A DNA stretch of 64,000 nucleotides from a virus: the IMG/VR virus record IMGVR_UViG_3300045988_051365. The stretch is one strand, 5' to 3'. Within the stretch, counting starts at the first letter, position 1; the number at the start of each line of letters is the position of its first letter. Below the pieces are notes generated by a model. It was given only the letters and a program-made list of their open reading frames with translations, searched no databases and was not told the DNA's origin. Of this stretch, positions 38,020 to 47,719 are shown piece after piece. Made by a program: the position numbers and the translations under genes.

Positions 38020-38165
38020 ATACAGGAAGCAATTCCGATTTAACGGCCGCCCTTGCCAGTATCACGTACTGGGCTTTTCACGTGGACGGTCTGTCAGCAT
38101 AACTCACAGTATTACTTACATGCTTCCTTTAATTTTAGCCTCTTCCAGCGCAAGAGCACTTATAG

Positions 38166-38432
38166 TCACTCTTCGCCATAGTACATCAAGTATAGTACCT
38201 GCTGACGCAAACCATATCTACGTGTAACCACGTTAGCTTCCGCTCTCCTGGAAAGCGCAGCATTGATACTCCTCTTGAGTTTATCGGCATCAAATAGCAA
38301 ACCAGTCACTCCTACTAATCCATTAAGCTCATCAGCGCAGATGTAATCTACTGCTTCAAAGAGCTGGGCTTTAGTTTCAGAGCTGTTCACCTTCTGCCAT
38401 TTCTTTATTTCCTTCTCGAAGTCCATAATCAA
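38166..38432 (-). CDS. Hypothetical protein, 88 aa
   Basis: ORF. Confidence 0.45.
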   Translation of the reverse strand: MIMDFEKEIKKWQKVNSSETKAQLFEAVDYICADELNGLVGVTGLLFDADKLKRSINAALSRRAEANVVTRRYGLRQQVLYLMYYGEE

Positions 38433-38803
38433 TTAAGTGCTTCAAGTTCTTTAGCTAATTCTTCCAGAGATTTGCCTTCGAGTTCAGCGTCTTGTTTCTT
38501 AGCCATAAGGTCAAGAATCTTCTGACGCTTAGCTTTCTTCTCACTTTCAAGTAGACGGTCTTCCTGTTCTTGCAACTTAACATCAATAATGTGTTTTGCA
38601 ATATTGAATTTCAGTTCAAGTTCGGTAGTGTCTTTAGTCCGGGTTTTGATGAAGCTTTCAGTTTTAGACTCTTGCAATTTCTTGTTAAGAGCAATTGCAA
38701 TATTGTCAAGTTGAATTAAGGGTAAATCCCACAAGTCTTCAACAGAAAGAACTCCACGTTGCGTGTTAAAACGCAATTTCATTCTAGATGCTTTCTCAAA
38801 CAT
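38429..38803 (-). CDS. Hypothetical coiled-coil protein, 124 aa
   Basis: ORF. Confidence 0.45.
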   Translation of the reverse strand: MFEKASRMKLRFNTQRGVLSVEDLWDLPLIQLDNIAIALNKKLQESKTESFIKTRTKDTTELELKFNIAKHIIDVKLQEQEDRLLESEKKAKRQKILDLMAKKQDAELEGKSLEELAKELEALN

Positions 38804-38805
38804 AA

Positions 38806-39744
38806 TTATAGCATTAAATTGTTAATACGTTTATATTCTTCAAACACTTTGTCCTCTGATTCTTCTCCCCACATACTGTGAATGAGAATACCATAAGCAC
38901 AAGGCTGGTACACAATAGGGTCTACTGCCTTCTTAGTGATTGTAACCTCTGGATTGTTTAATTGACTAGGAGGGCAAGCTACAAATAGCTCATTTCTACC
39001 TATCTTAACAGCATCAAAGGAAACTATGTTAGGGTAGCTAAAAGCCTTTACATCAGCAGGAAGGCCGGGATTCTTGTTAATTATACTAGACAGCCTGAGT
39101 GTGCCTTCTATATCAGGGCCAATAACTATGTGATTGTGTGATTCTATGTATTTCTTCAGATTGTTCAACATAGTTTCACTGTCATTGTATCCGTAGTTAA
39201 TACCTGTAACATAATAATACGCCCCATTAGCATACTCCAACCCTAAATCAGAGAACATTGGTCCTTCACCATTAAGTTTACGCTTAACTTCTAAGATTTC
39301 TCTAATATTACGGTCAGGAATCACTCCAGTGTACTGTTTTAGTAGACCTTTGACAAGTTTATACTTCTTACAAACATCATCAAATTGTTTAGAGCCAACC
39401 AGAAGAGTACTCTCTCCGAATACCTCTCTTGCACGCTTTACGAAACTAAATAAGTTTTTAGCACGCATGGCATCCAGAGCTATCTGATTATATTCAGATA
39501 TTTTAGCCTGTAATAGCCTAGCATTCTTTGAGCTACCTAGCCCAGCATCAACCAACGTGTTGTATTCTCTTACTAATGTATCTCTATTAGGAATATCAAC
39601 TGATGTCTTGGAAACAGAACGTAGATATTCCTCCATACATAAAGCAAGAGCCATAGCTATGTTGGACTGAATAGTCATCACCGGCACGTCAACCACTTCT
39701 GGAGTTATAACTTCAGAATCATTGCGTTTTAGAAATCTAAACAT
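38806..39744 (-). CDS. Paralog family member A (conserved C-terminal ...IHSMWGEESEDKVFEEY)
   Basis: Shares architecture and C-terminal motif with 41761..42627 and 46868..47719. Confidence 0.55.
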   Translation of the reverse strand: MFRFLKRNDSEVITPEVVDVPVMTIQSNIAMALALCMEEYLRSVSKTSVDIPNRDTLVREYNTLVDAGLGSSKNARLLQAKISEYNQIALDAMRAKNLFSFVKRAREVFGESTLLVGSKQFDDVCKKYKLVKGLLKQYTGVIPDRNIREILEVKRKLNGEGPMFSDLGLEYANGAYYYVTGINYGYNDSETMLNNLKKYIESHNHIVIGPDIEGTLRLSSIINKNPGLPADVKAFSYPNIVSFDAVKIGRNELFVACPPSQLNNPEVTITKKAVDPIVYQPCAYGILIHSMWGEESEDKVFEEYKRINNLML

Positions 39745-41756
39745 CAGAAATTGACTTTTAAAGTTCTACTAAATGTTCCGTCCACTTTAACAATAACGGA
39801 ATTACGCATAGTAGATGAGAATCCTAATCCACTCAATTGATGTTCTTGGTAAGGAGTCTTCATCTTATCAGCTAGAACCTCAAATACCTTACGGTGAGGA
39901 GTTAGCTCACTGTTAAGATATTCGTTAAAGAATCCACGAACAGGCTCCGGATTCTTGCAATCATCCAACATAAAGAAGTAATGTTTATTGCCAATACCCT
40001 GCTCATCCCAATAATTGGGAGACAGCATCATCACGTTCACCTTATGGAACTTGTTAGTATCAATATTCCATAGGCTTACTGACGAATGGCTAGTACTGGG
40101 TATTAGCTCTCTTATTTGGATGCCTTTAGATTTACTGTAAGTAATCTCGGCAACCATGACATTCTCTTTATGTTTAACGGGTTTGTCATAGACAAATTGT
40201 CGGACTTCTCCATTGTGTTCTATTTCCAATGTAAATCCTGTATCAACAGATTCTCTACAATGAAAGTTATTAACATACACAACATACTTACCTTCAAGCA
40301 TCTTGCGTTCGTTAACCCATATAATGTTCTCAACGGGTTTGCGAGTTTTGCCATATCCGGCATTTTCATCCACGTCTAGCTTACCACCACTTCTGCCAAT
40401 TCTGTTGGAGTAATAAATTTCAAGATTATTAGGTTCAACGACATGCAAATCCAAGTCATCATAGTTAGACCATGCCAACGAACATCTTAAGAAACCTTCA
40501 GTCTGACCACCAGCAGCTCTTACTTTCTCTTTAATAGAATCAGCTACCCCTCCATTATATGTCCAAGCAAAGTTGTTCGGCCATTTAAATAGATTCTTAG
40601 CATCCTTGTTAACAGGAGCTGTAAGAGTTACTAAGTTATTGGACAATCTACTTTCCATTAACACTTCTATGTTAGTGGCAGTGGGTACCACATTAGCAAT
40701 GAAATCATCAATGCTAATTTCAGTTAACTTGTCAAACTTCTTAGGATTAACTTTAGTGTCTGCGGCCAGTTCTTCGAATATATTTCCAGCCATTACCTTC
40801 TTGGCATCACGATTAGCAAATATAACATTGTTGACTGTTATATCCTCTAAGGCAGCATGTCTACGAGGTAGAGAATCCATAAGACCTAGTTCCTGCACTT
40901 TCTTCTGTGCTTCCTCAATCATTCTTTTAGTAACAATTGACTTAGGTCTTTGATAGTTCTCTGGAGCCATGATACGTTCGTATGCAGTCACACAATCGTC
41001 CAGTTCAAGTCCTGATGATATATTTACCAACAATGTACCAATTGCCGTATTACGAATGCGTGCACATCCTACACGATTGAAGTTTGCCCAACACCAGTTG
41101 TCTTTCTCTTCATCAGGTAATGAATCATAGTGTCTTTTATGACCCAGGAATACACTTAAGTCATTTTTAAACTGTTCTCCTCTATATAAAGCATTCTGAC
41201 CTATTAAGTCCAGAACTGTTTCTATAGAATCGATAGTTAATTCCTCCAGTGCACGTTTGAACACTTCCTTAGTTGTGCGTAAAGTCCCCATTACAGCAGA
41301 TACGGATTCAGTTCCTGTATACACCAATTGATTTGGCATATGATAGTAAAGATGATTCCAGGTAATTACTTTAGGACCTTGCAAACTGTCAATATAGGCA
41401 TTGTTTCTATCAATTCCTAGTTCATAATCACGAGTGATAAAAACATCTACAACTGGTTTTGATTTCACTAATGCATCGAGATTTCTAGCTACAGTAGCAT
41501 AAGGTTCATCCAACTGTAGGTTCTCCCACATGGTTACTACTTTATTGTCTTTAATGGCGACAACTCTACCATAATGTCTGATATAATGTTTACAATTGTT
41601 GCAATTATGAGACTGTCTCTCTTCCTCCGGAAAGGAATTAAGGTAACAATCCCATAATGCATCCTTGTCTACATTAGTCAGAAAGAGCATGTCTACACCA
41701 GCAGCTAGTTGATTAAACTGCGCATGGACTGCTCTTTTAAACTTGAGAAATTCCAT
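39744..41756 (-). CDS. Large hypothetical protein of 670 aa, flanked by paralogs A and B
   Basis: Long ORF with no motif I can assign. Confidence 0.6.
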   Translation of the reverse strand: MEFLKFKRAVHAQFNQLAAGVDMLFLTNVDKDALWDCYLNSFPEEERQSHNCNNCKHYIRHYGRVVAIKDNKVVTMWENLQLDEPYATVARNLDALVKSKPVVDVFITRDYELGIDRNNAYIDSLQGPKVITWNHLYYHMPNQLVYTGTESVSAVMGTLRTTKEVFKRALEELTIDSIETVLDLIGQNALYRGEQFKNDLSVFLGHKRHYDSLPDEEKDNWCWANFNRVGCARIRNTAIGTLLVNISSGLELDDCVTAYERIMAPENYQRPKSIVTKRMIEEAQKKVQELGLMDSLPRRHAALEDITVNNVIFANRDAKKVMAGNIFEELAADTKVNPKKFDKLTEISIDDFIANVVPTATNIEVLMESRLSNNLVTLTAPVNKDAKNLFKWPNNFAWTYNGGVADSIKEKVRAAGGQTEGFLRCSLAWSNYDDLDLHVVEPNNLEIYYSNRIGRSGGKLDVDENAGYGKTRKPVENIIWVNERKMLEGKYVVYVNNFHCRESVDTGFTLEIEHNGEVRQFVYDKPVKHKENVMVAEITYSKSKGIQIRELIPSTSHSSVSLWNIDTNKFHKVNVMMLSPNYWDEQGIGNKHYFFMLDDCKNPEPVRGFFNEYLNSELTPHRKVFEVLADKMKTPYQEHQLSGLGFSSTMRNSVIVKVDGTFSRTLKVNF

Positions 41757-41760
41757 AATC

Positions 41761-42627
41761 TTATAAAGGTTTGATATTGTCGAATATATTGTCCTCGGCT
41801 TCTACTCCCCATTTAGAATGAATCATTACTCCTATTGGAGTTACTTGAAACACAAATGGGTCATTATTGATAGGAATAATCTTCCTTTCCGGAACTGTAA
41901 ACTGCATCGTTTCATTCATTTCTTCAATAGGAGCGGCAATGAATAAGTCAGCACTGCTACATTCTTTTGAATCAGCAATGTTCACATCATGTGCCTTGGC
42001 TTTATTAAGGATATGAAAGAATGGATATGCATTCATTCTAGCCTTATTTCTACTCAAATACATAAGTCCAATATGGGAAGGTTCCTGCCTAATGAAGTAC
42101 CTTCCAACCGGATAGGACATGCTATCAATAGGCATAGGGTGAGTAGCAACTTGCATACCAGTAACATACCGTAAAGGTGAACCGTTTCCGCTATAGTTAA
42201 CATACTCATTTGCTTCAAGTGCTTGAGCAGTGGCCATTACCTTAGAGATTTCATCAATGTTCTCGTCAGGCACAGAACCTTTATAAGCTGATAGTCTTCC
42301 AACAACTAATCCATACTTAACATTCAGATTAATGAAATCCTCCTCCTTAAGTATCAATGAGCCAGGAAAATGTCTTTGCAAGAAGCTATAACATTTTAAA
42401 ACTTTAAGGTCCTCTTCCGAAGTGATAGCATCACCTACTTCTTTAGAATTAGTAAATCCTAAAGCTTTCAGTTTGACAGCCTTATCAACTAGTTGATGAT
42501 TCGGATTCAGACCCTTAATAGTCTTCATGTACTCTACAGCCATTAGAGTATAAGCTAATTGCACTTCTTGGGCTGTGAATCTCTTTGTGCCTACAGACGT
42601 ATCTGTAGAAGGACTAAAATTGTTCAT
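41761..42627 (-). CDS. Paralog family member B (...GVMIHSKWGVEAEDNIFDNI)
   Basis: See 38806..39744. Confidence 0.55.
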   Translation of the reverse strand: MNNFSPSTDTSVGTKRFTAQEVQLAYTLMAVEYMKTIKGLNPNHQLVDKAVKLKALGFTNSKEVGDAITSEEDLKVLKCYSFLQRHFPGSLILKEEDFINLNVKYGLVVGRLSAYKGSVPDENIDEISKVMATAQALEANEYVNYSGNGSPLRYVTGMQVATHPMPIDSMSYPVGRYFIRQEPSHIGLMYLSRNKARMNAYPFFHILNKAKAHDVNIADSKECSSADLFIAAPIEEMNETMQFTVPERKIIPINNDPFVFQVTPIGVMIHSKWGVEAEDNIFDNIKPL

Positions 42628-42747
42628 AATTACTTTTGTTTAACTGAACCTGGTCTGGTAGTAGCTCTCTTAAATGAATCAGATTGCTTATCCCACCAAG
42701 CCTGTCGGTCTTTAAGACGTTGTACTTTCTTCTTGTATTTCATAGGT

Positions 42748-43173
42748 TTATCCTATTTCGTTACTAGCATTATAAGCAAGCTTGTCGGCTTCCTTATTAT
42801 GTTCATCACTTGCGTGACCTTTACACCACTCAACAGACACTACTTTATGCCTGTTCACAGCCTTATCAAGACGTTCCCACAAATCAGTATTGGCTTTCCT
42901 CTTCCACCCTTTAGTAAGAGTTCCTACAATATACATAGAATCTGTTACTATTGTAATTTCGGAAGGTTCCTTTATGGATTCCAGGGCAACTATGACAGCC
43001 ATTTGCTCCATTCGCTGATTGGTGCTGTTCTTATACATCTTACTGTATTGGAATATCTTTTTGTCATCCTCTAAAATGACAAAGCCTATTCCCCCTTGAT
43101 TTCTCGCAGGGGAATAGGCACCATCACAATATACCCTATACGAGTGTTTAACAGTATTCCCATTTAAAGCCAT
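42748..43173 (-). CDS. rnh: Ribonuclease H (RNase HI-like)
   Basis: YCDGAYSP...GGIGFVI, EQMAVIVALE, TDSMYIV, and WCKGHASDEHNKEADKLA with the conserved D/E/D/H/D residues. Confidence 0.8.
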   Translation of the reverse strand: MALNGNTVKHSYRVYCDGAYSPARNQGGIGFVILEDDKKIFQYSKMYKNSTNQRMEQMAVIVALESIKEPSEITIVTDSMYIVGTLTKGWKRKANTDLWERLDKAVNRHKVVSVEWCKGHASDEHNKEADKLAYNASNEIG

Positions 43174-43696
43174 AACATGTTTTAGCTTTTCCTTTACAGC
43201 AATCAGATATGTGTCTATGAGACTTAATACCTAAAGCTCTAGCTGCTTCTCTGATTCCATTCCAGACATTAATAATTTCACCATCTAAAGACACCTGTTT
43301 AACTCTAATCTTCTTGGCTTCATTCATCTTCTCTGGGATACGACTGTAATGATTGTTATAGCACCTGGAACACCACTCCAGATTGGAAACTCTATTGTCG
43401 GTCTTAATTTCGTTTATATGATTTATATCTGTAAATCCGTCGGGGTTTGGTATAAATGCTTCGGCAACTAATCTATGAACATTCCTGTTTCTACGAGTTT
43501 TGTTCTTAGTTAGCATAACTTTCACGTAACCATTACCACTTCTGGTAGGAGCTAGTATTTTACCTTTGACCAGGCGTGTTTTACCTCCTCTACAACCAAC
43601 AATTTTATCGTAGCTTCTCACATTACCTAACGTAGAAACTTGATAGAGTCCTTCATATCCAGTAATATCCTTCCACTCTTCAGACTTACTAGACAT
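43148..43696 (-). CDS. HNH homing endonuclease (NUMOD4 + HNH)
   Basis: NUMOD4 motif WKDITGYEGLYQVSTLGNVRS. HNH core HRLVAEAF...INHINEIKTDNRVSNLEW. Confidence 0.75.
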   Translation of the reverse strand: MSSKSEEWKDITGYEGLYQVSTLGNVRSYDKIVGCRGGKTRLVKGKILAPTRSGNGYVKVMLTKNKTRRNRNVHRLVAEAFIPNPDGFTDINHINEIKTDNRVSNLEWCSRCYNNHYSRIPEKMNEAKKIRVKQVSLDGEIINVWNGIREAARALGIKSHRHISDCCKGKAKTCYGFKWEYC

Positions 43697-43704
43697 GAAT
43701 AAAA

Positions 43705-44235
43705 TTATGCGTCGGCATTAGGATTCTCAACAAAATCCTCATCATCCTCATCTTCTTCGGTTTCGGATATGACATCCTCATCAATAAGATGCTTAACCCA
43801 CATACCTAAGATAAAGATGACATAGAATTTGTCTTCCTCCTGTTTGTAGTTAACCTTGTCAGAGACTTCATTAACTACATCTAACATTGTGAACTCCTCT
43901 TTAGCTATAGCATCATCAGCTATAGCAGACATTTCTTCTACATAAGGTCTAGCCTTCTGCATCGCTTCGTCAAAACTCTTTACTAAGGCTATGCCTTCAT
44001 CACCTCTAATCTGCATAGCAACAGATAGAGGTTGTTGCAATTCATTTCTAAAGAAGCCCAAATAGAAAGCTTTCTCTACATTTCCGTTCACGAAGTCATT
44101 GAAAGATTTAGCTTTCATTACTTCTTCTACTTTGAAATCAATTTCTGATACGTCTCTGATTTTGTCCATAATGTTATGATAGCAACCCACCAATCTTCTC
44201 GGCCATGGCTGTTGCTTTGTTAGAAACTGCTTCAA
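43705..44235 (-). CDS. Hypothetical acidic protein, 176 aa
   Basis: ORF. Confidence 0.5.
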   Translation of the reverse strand: MKQFLTKQQPWPRRLVGCYHNIMDKIRDVSEIDFKVEEVMKAKSFNDFVNGNVEKAFYLGFFRNELQQPLSVAMQIRGDEGIALVKSFDEAMQKARPYVEEMSAIADDAIAKEEFTMLDVVNEVSDKVNYKQEEDKFYVIFILGMWVKHLIDEDVISETEEDEDDEDFVENPNADA

Positions 44236-44425
44236 GGTTTGCAGCTTCAGTTTGTAATTCGATAATCTCTTGTTCTCTAACCTCTTTCTCTGCTTGAGCT
44301 CTAGATGCTACCTCTTTAAGATTGGTAACAGCTTTCTCAAATACATCAATAATCTTAGCTGATTCCTCGGCTAGTGAGGTACTTGTTACTTTAGCCGGTT
44401 CGGCTGATTGTTTCTTTCCAAACAT
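44174..44425 (-). CDS. Hypothetical coiled-coil protein, 83 aa
   Basis: ORF. Confidence 0.4.
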   Translation of the reverse strand: MFGKKQSAEPAKVTSTSLAEESAKIIDVFEKAVTNLKEVASRAQAEKEVREQEIIELQTEAANLEAVSNKATAMAEKIGGLLS

Positions 44426-44457
44426 CTTATAGGATTAGAATTACAGGGTTCAGGGTG

Positions 44458-44540
44458 AGCGGCTGTCGGGAATCGAACCCAATCTATCACTTGTGCGCAT
44501 ACTAAAATTAGTGATGTGCCCTCCTTTACACTACAACCGC
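44458..44540 (-). ncRNA. Aberrant tRNA-like gene. It has canonical acceptor, D and T arms but an 18-nt anticodon loop.
   Basis: Acceptor GCGGTTG/CAGCCGC. T arm TTGGG-TTCGATT-CCCGA. Anticodon stem ATCACT/AGTGAT encloses AATTTTAGTATGCGCACA. No 11-nt excision restores U33. Confidence 0.4.
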
Positions 44541-44807
44541 ATGGAGCAGTGGTTAGAATACTAATAGTCAAACACTAATAGTCATTCCTAAAGAGGTGTT
44601 CTGCAACCACCCCACAGTCAGCGCTAAACTGCACGTCTTATTACATACGCTCAACTCTGCTTTAGTTGTCATCGCTGGACTTTATTTAACCCAGATTCCA
44701 GCCTGGTCTATACTCGTTTCCTTTTAAGCTTACCACACTTAAGGCATACTAACAGATATCTGATACAGTCAGTATAGCTAGTCTTAGCTATTATACTCCA
44801 TTCATGC

Positions 44808-45227
44808 CTACATGCTCGCTTCTCTAGCCATTTTTTGAATAGTTCTTTCATAATCAATTCGTTTTACTAATGGATATAACTGTCCGTAGCCGTGATTAAC
44901 TGTTATACACCTAGATGTTATAGACAGACGATAGTGAGCATTGTTAATTTCGTTAGTAAGATACTCCATAGGTACAGGAGTTACTCCGTCACTAAATGTA
45001 ACAGTTATGCCCGCTTCTATATCTTCTACACTCTTAGTAAGAGCATCTAAGCTACTTTGAATTTCTGCATATCTAGGATTAGGAATCTGCTCCGTCTCTA
45101 AATGCATAAAATGCTTAGATGTTTCACCTATATAACCTCCTTTGCTACTTAGAGGAGTCATAGAGTTTCCCTTCTCTGAGGTTCTGAAGGATTTTCCTTC
45201 GGTCAATAGTCTCTCCTTGTAATGCAT
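44808..45227 (-). CDS. Hypothetical protein, 139 aa
   Basis: ORF. Confidence 0.5.
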   Translation of the reverse strand: MHYKERLLTEGKSFRTSEKGNSMTPLSSKGGYIGETSKHFMHLETEQIPNPRYAEIQSSLDALTKSVEDIEAGITVTFSDGVTPVPMEYLTNEINNAHYRLSITSRCITVNHGYGQLYPLVKRIDYERTIQKMAREASM

Positions 45228-45597
45228 CGGCTTTAGACATTAAATATACAAAGTTTAATCTCTCTTCCATGGTAGAGCCATTACTTATCCTTTCAAACAA
45301 GGTTAACTCTTGCCCATTCTTGTAGTTATAGTAAGATATCAACTCATTATATCTGACAGTCTTACTATTCAGTGAAGCTATAGTCATTGGATATCTTCTT
45401 AGCACTACTCCCCTATATAAATCAACAAGTTCACCCAATGAGTTGGCAATCTTTAATAACCTAACTACATTGGGTGAACCGTGTTTCTTGTACCTAATAG
45501 CATAACTCTCCAGAGCAGCATCCCAATCATGGAATACATGTTGAGCTTGAGTTAAATCAATCTCAACTATTTTGCGCAGGAACTCTTCTATAGTCAT
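45145..45597 (-). CDS. Hypothetical protein, 150 aa
   Basis: ORF. Confidence 0.5.
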   Translation of the reverse strand: MTIEEFLRKIVEIDLTQAQHVFHDWDAALESYAIRYKKHGSPNVVRLLKIANSLGELVDLYRGVVLRRYPMTIASLNSKTVRYNELISYYNYKNGQELTLFERISNGSTMEERLNFVYLMSKADALQGETIDRRKILQNLREGKLYDSSK

Positions 45598-45775
45598 ATT
45601 AATTAGATATTGTAGGTGATGTTAACTTGTCAATCAGATTCTTCATTGCTTCTTCACCAGCAGCAAATCCCTCAGAATATCCAATTTTATATGCCTTCTC
45701 TACTGTATCAGTAACAGCAGTCATAATTTCATTTCCTGCAAACTGTTCTTTTAGCTGTTCTAATAGTTCTTTCAT
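45598..45775 (-). CDS. Small ORF of 59 aa with a strong AGGAGG ribosome-binding site, not in the track
   Basis: My own translation is MKELLEQLKEQFAGNEIMTAVTDTVEKAYKIGYSEGFAAGEEAMKNLIDKLTSPTISN. GGAAGGAGGATTT lies immediately upstream of the ATG. Confidence 0.4.
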
Positions 45776-45800
45776 AAATCCTCCTTCCTTTAATTATTAG

Positions 45801-45884
45801 TGGCTGGAACGGGAGTCGAACCCGCACAGGCAAATGCCCAGTAGAGTTTAAGTCTACCTCGGTTACCAATTACGACATCCAGCC
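45801..45884 (-). tRNA. tRNA-Leu (anticodon TAA), type II
   Basis: Acceptor GGCTGGA/TCCAGCC. Anticodon arm GTAGA-CTTAAAC-TCTAC. Long variable arm. T arm GCGGG-TTCGACT-CCCGT. Confidence 0.8.
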
Positions 45885-46118
45885 ATACCCTTATACTGAC
45901 ATCATGACCTTAATTACAACTACAATTATCATTCCTATAGTGCTTATAGCAGCTACACTTAAGAATATTTTAACCCATTTGCAGTCACAATCCCATATAG
46001 TTAGTAACATAGCTATTAGTGCAGCCACAAATGCAATGACTACAGTAATCATTAATGCTGTTTCCATATCAATCTCTTACTAAGTCTATCCAATTAATTA
46101 GGATATGATATAACCATC

Positions 46119-46514
46119 TCATAATACGTAATCGCAATAAGTGTCAACGAAATCTTTAGCTTCTTTTAACCCGCATTTAGCAGATTCTTTTACATGCTTA
46201 ACTGCTTGTAGTTTGGAACCAGTCTGTACAAACTGTTTCATCTTAAAGAAGTCTTCACATGACAAATCAATTGTGTTATTCCAACGCTTCTTATAAGCAA
46301 GCATTGCGTTATTGTACTCTTGAGGATGCTCTGTCCAAGTAATTTGTTGGTCTAAAATAACTGTACAAGTTCCGTCAAGAATGTCATATTCTCTACTCTC
46401 TACAGTAAATTTGCCTTCTTCTAGAACTACTGTATCAGTAGGAAACGGAATCATCTCTGGTGAGATTGATACCTCTTGTACTACTTTATCATCTTTTACA
46501 AATTTTACAAACAT
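46119..46514 (-). CDS. Hypothetical protein, 131 aa
   Basis: ORF. Confidence 0.5.
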   Translation of the reverse strand: MFVKFVKDDKVVQEVSISPEMIPFPTDTVVLEEGKFTVESREYDILDGTCTVILDQQITWTEHPQEYNNAMLAYKKRWNNTIDLSCEDFFKMKQFVQTGSKLQAVKHVKESAKCGLKEAKDFVDTYCDYVL

Positions 46515-46539
46515 AATCTTTAAGTATTAATTAATAACG

Positions 46540-46613
46540 TGGCGAGAAGTGGGCTTGAACCACCAACCTTGCGATTATGAGTCGCACGCTCTAGCCAGTT
46601 GAGCTATCTCGCC
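46540..46613 (-). tRNA. tRNA-Met (anticodon CAT), elongator-type or Ile2
   Basis: Acceptor GGCGAGA/TCTCGCC, D stem GCTC/GAGC, anticodon loop CTCATAA, T arm GGTGG-TTCAAGC-CCACT. Confidence 0.8.
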
Positions 46614-46867
46614 ATTAATAAGAACATAAAGCTCATCGTGTCTACATCGTTACCAATGCAACCTTAATACCTCCCGTTTGCTTCACTGCCGGCTAGTCTG
46701 GCTTTGTCTCCTTATGTTCTTATATATGAATAATCCGCCTGGTAGGGCTGCGAGCTGCCTTACCAATTATTGACGTCAGCTAATCTATGGAATAGCACGT
46801 CTGCTAAACTGAAATAGCCCTATAGTCATTTCTACACCTACTCACATTTAAGTGGTGGATTATATGT

Positions 46868-47719
46868 TTATCGGTATTTATCGAACATGCTGTCTGATGC
46901 TTCTTCTCCCCACATAGACACGATAACAATACCTACTTTGGTAGCCCTAAATACTATTGGGTCTTCTAACCTTCTTTTACGGTCTTCTTCAGCTTTAGAG
47001 AAGATTTCTATGCGAATATTATTCTCCATAGTATCATAAGGCGCGGCAATTAACCAAGCACTATGGTCTAGATATGAGGTGCCAAGATGTAGGTAATCTT
47101 CCTCCTTATAACTTCCACCTATAGACCTCATGTACTGATAACCACGGTCAATACCTTTGAATACAAATGGGAATCTAGAGAAATACTCAACAAGCCGTTT
47201 GGTCATGTCCTTAGACATTCTTGAATCTATTCTCGCAGCTTCAACCCAACTGACGTAGTTAAGATTTAAAGAGTTCAAAGCGTTAGAAGCTTTTGCTATT
47301 TGTGATACATTCTCACTTGGAATGAATCCGCTGAAGGTCGATATTGGACCACAATACAAATTGTACTTCTTCAGGATTGCAAAGAAATCCTCGTAAGTTA
47401 CAACCAGTGCATCAGGATACGATTCTTTAATACAGGATGTCATTTCGTTAACCTTCTTCAGGTCTAATTTCTCTGGGCCTAAAGCTGACTTATACTTCTT
47501 AGACTCGAGAATAGTCCTAAGGGTATCTGCATTCTTAGTTCCACCCAGACCTGCTGCTTCCAACTTACCAAGCTCCTCTTTGATTTGCTCGGAATTGTCA
47601 AAGTCTTGATTGCCTTCTACGTACTTCTTATAGTACTCCATAGATGCTGTTACTAAGGCTAAACGTAACGCATCTGCACTCAATTTCTCCATACTATGAT
47701 AAATGTTCTTTAATATCAA
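46868..47719 (-). CDS. Paralog family member C (...GIVIVSMWGEEASDSMFDKYR)
   Basis: See 38806..39744. Confidence 0.55.
   Translation of the reverse strand: MILKNIYHSMEKLSADALRLALVTASMEYYKKYVEGNQDFDNSEQIKEELGKLEAAGLGGTKNADTLRTILESKKYKSALGPEKLDLKKVNEMTSCIKESYPDALVVTYEDFFAILKKYNLYCGPISTFSGFIPSENVSQIAKASNALNSLNLNYVSWVEAARIDSRMSKDMTKRLVEYFSRFPFVFKGIDRGYQYMRSIGGSYKEEDYLHLGTSYLDHSAWLIAAPYDTMENNIRIEIFSKAEEDRKRRLEDPIVFRATKVGIVIVSMWGEEASDSMFDKYR

Noticed and set aside
38020-38165. Possible additional tRNA, or a tRNA with intron, between tRNA-Arg(ACG) and gene 38166..38432
   Set aside because: Only a 7-bp terminal inverted repeat (GGAAGCA/TGCTTCC) flanking about 90 nt. No D-arm or T-arm signatures on either strand. 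It is kept only as an unexplained structured spacer in the findings.
44386-44571. Minus-strand ORFs in the track that cover tRNA genes (44386..44571, 53668..53865, 61622..61891, 61945..62274, and the plus-strand ORFs 36880..37227, 48340..48603, 58535..58729, 63032..63406)
   Set aside because: They overlap well-folded tRNA cloverleafs and translate to Cys/Pro-rich nonsense. tRNA calls take precedence.
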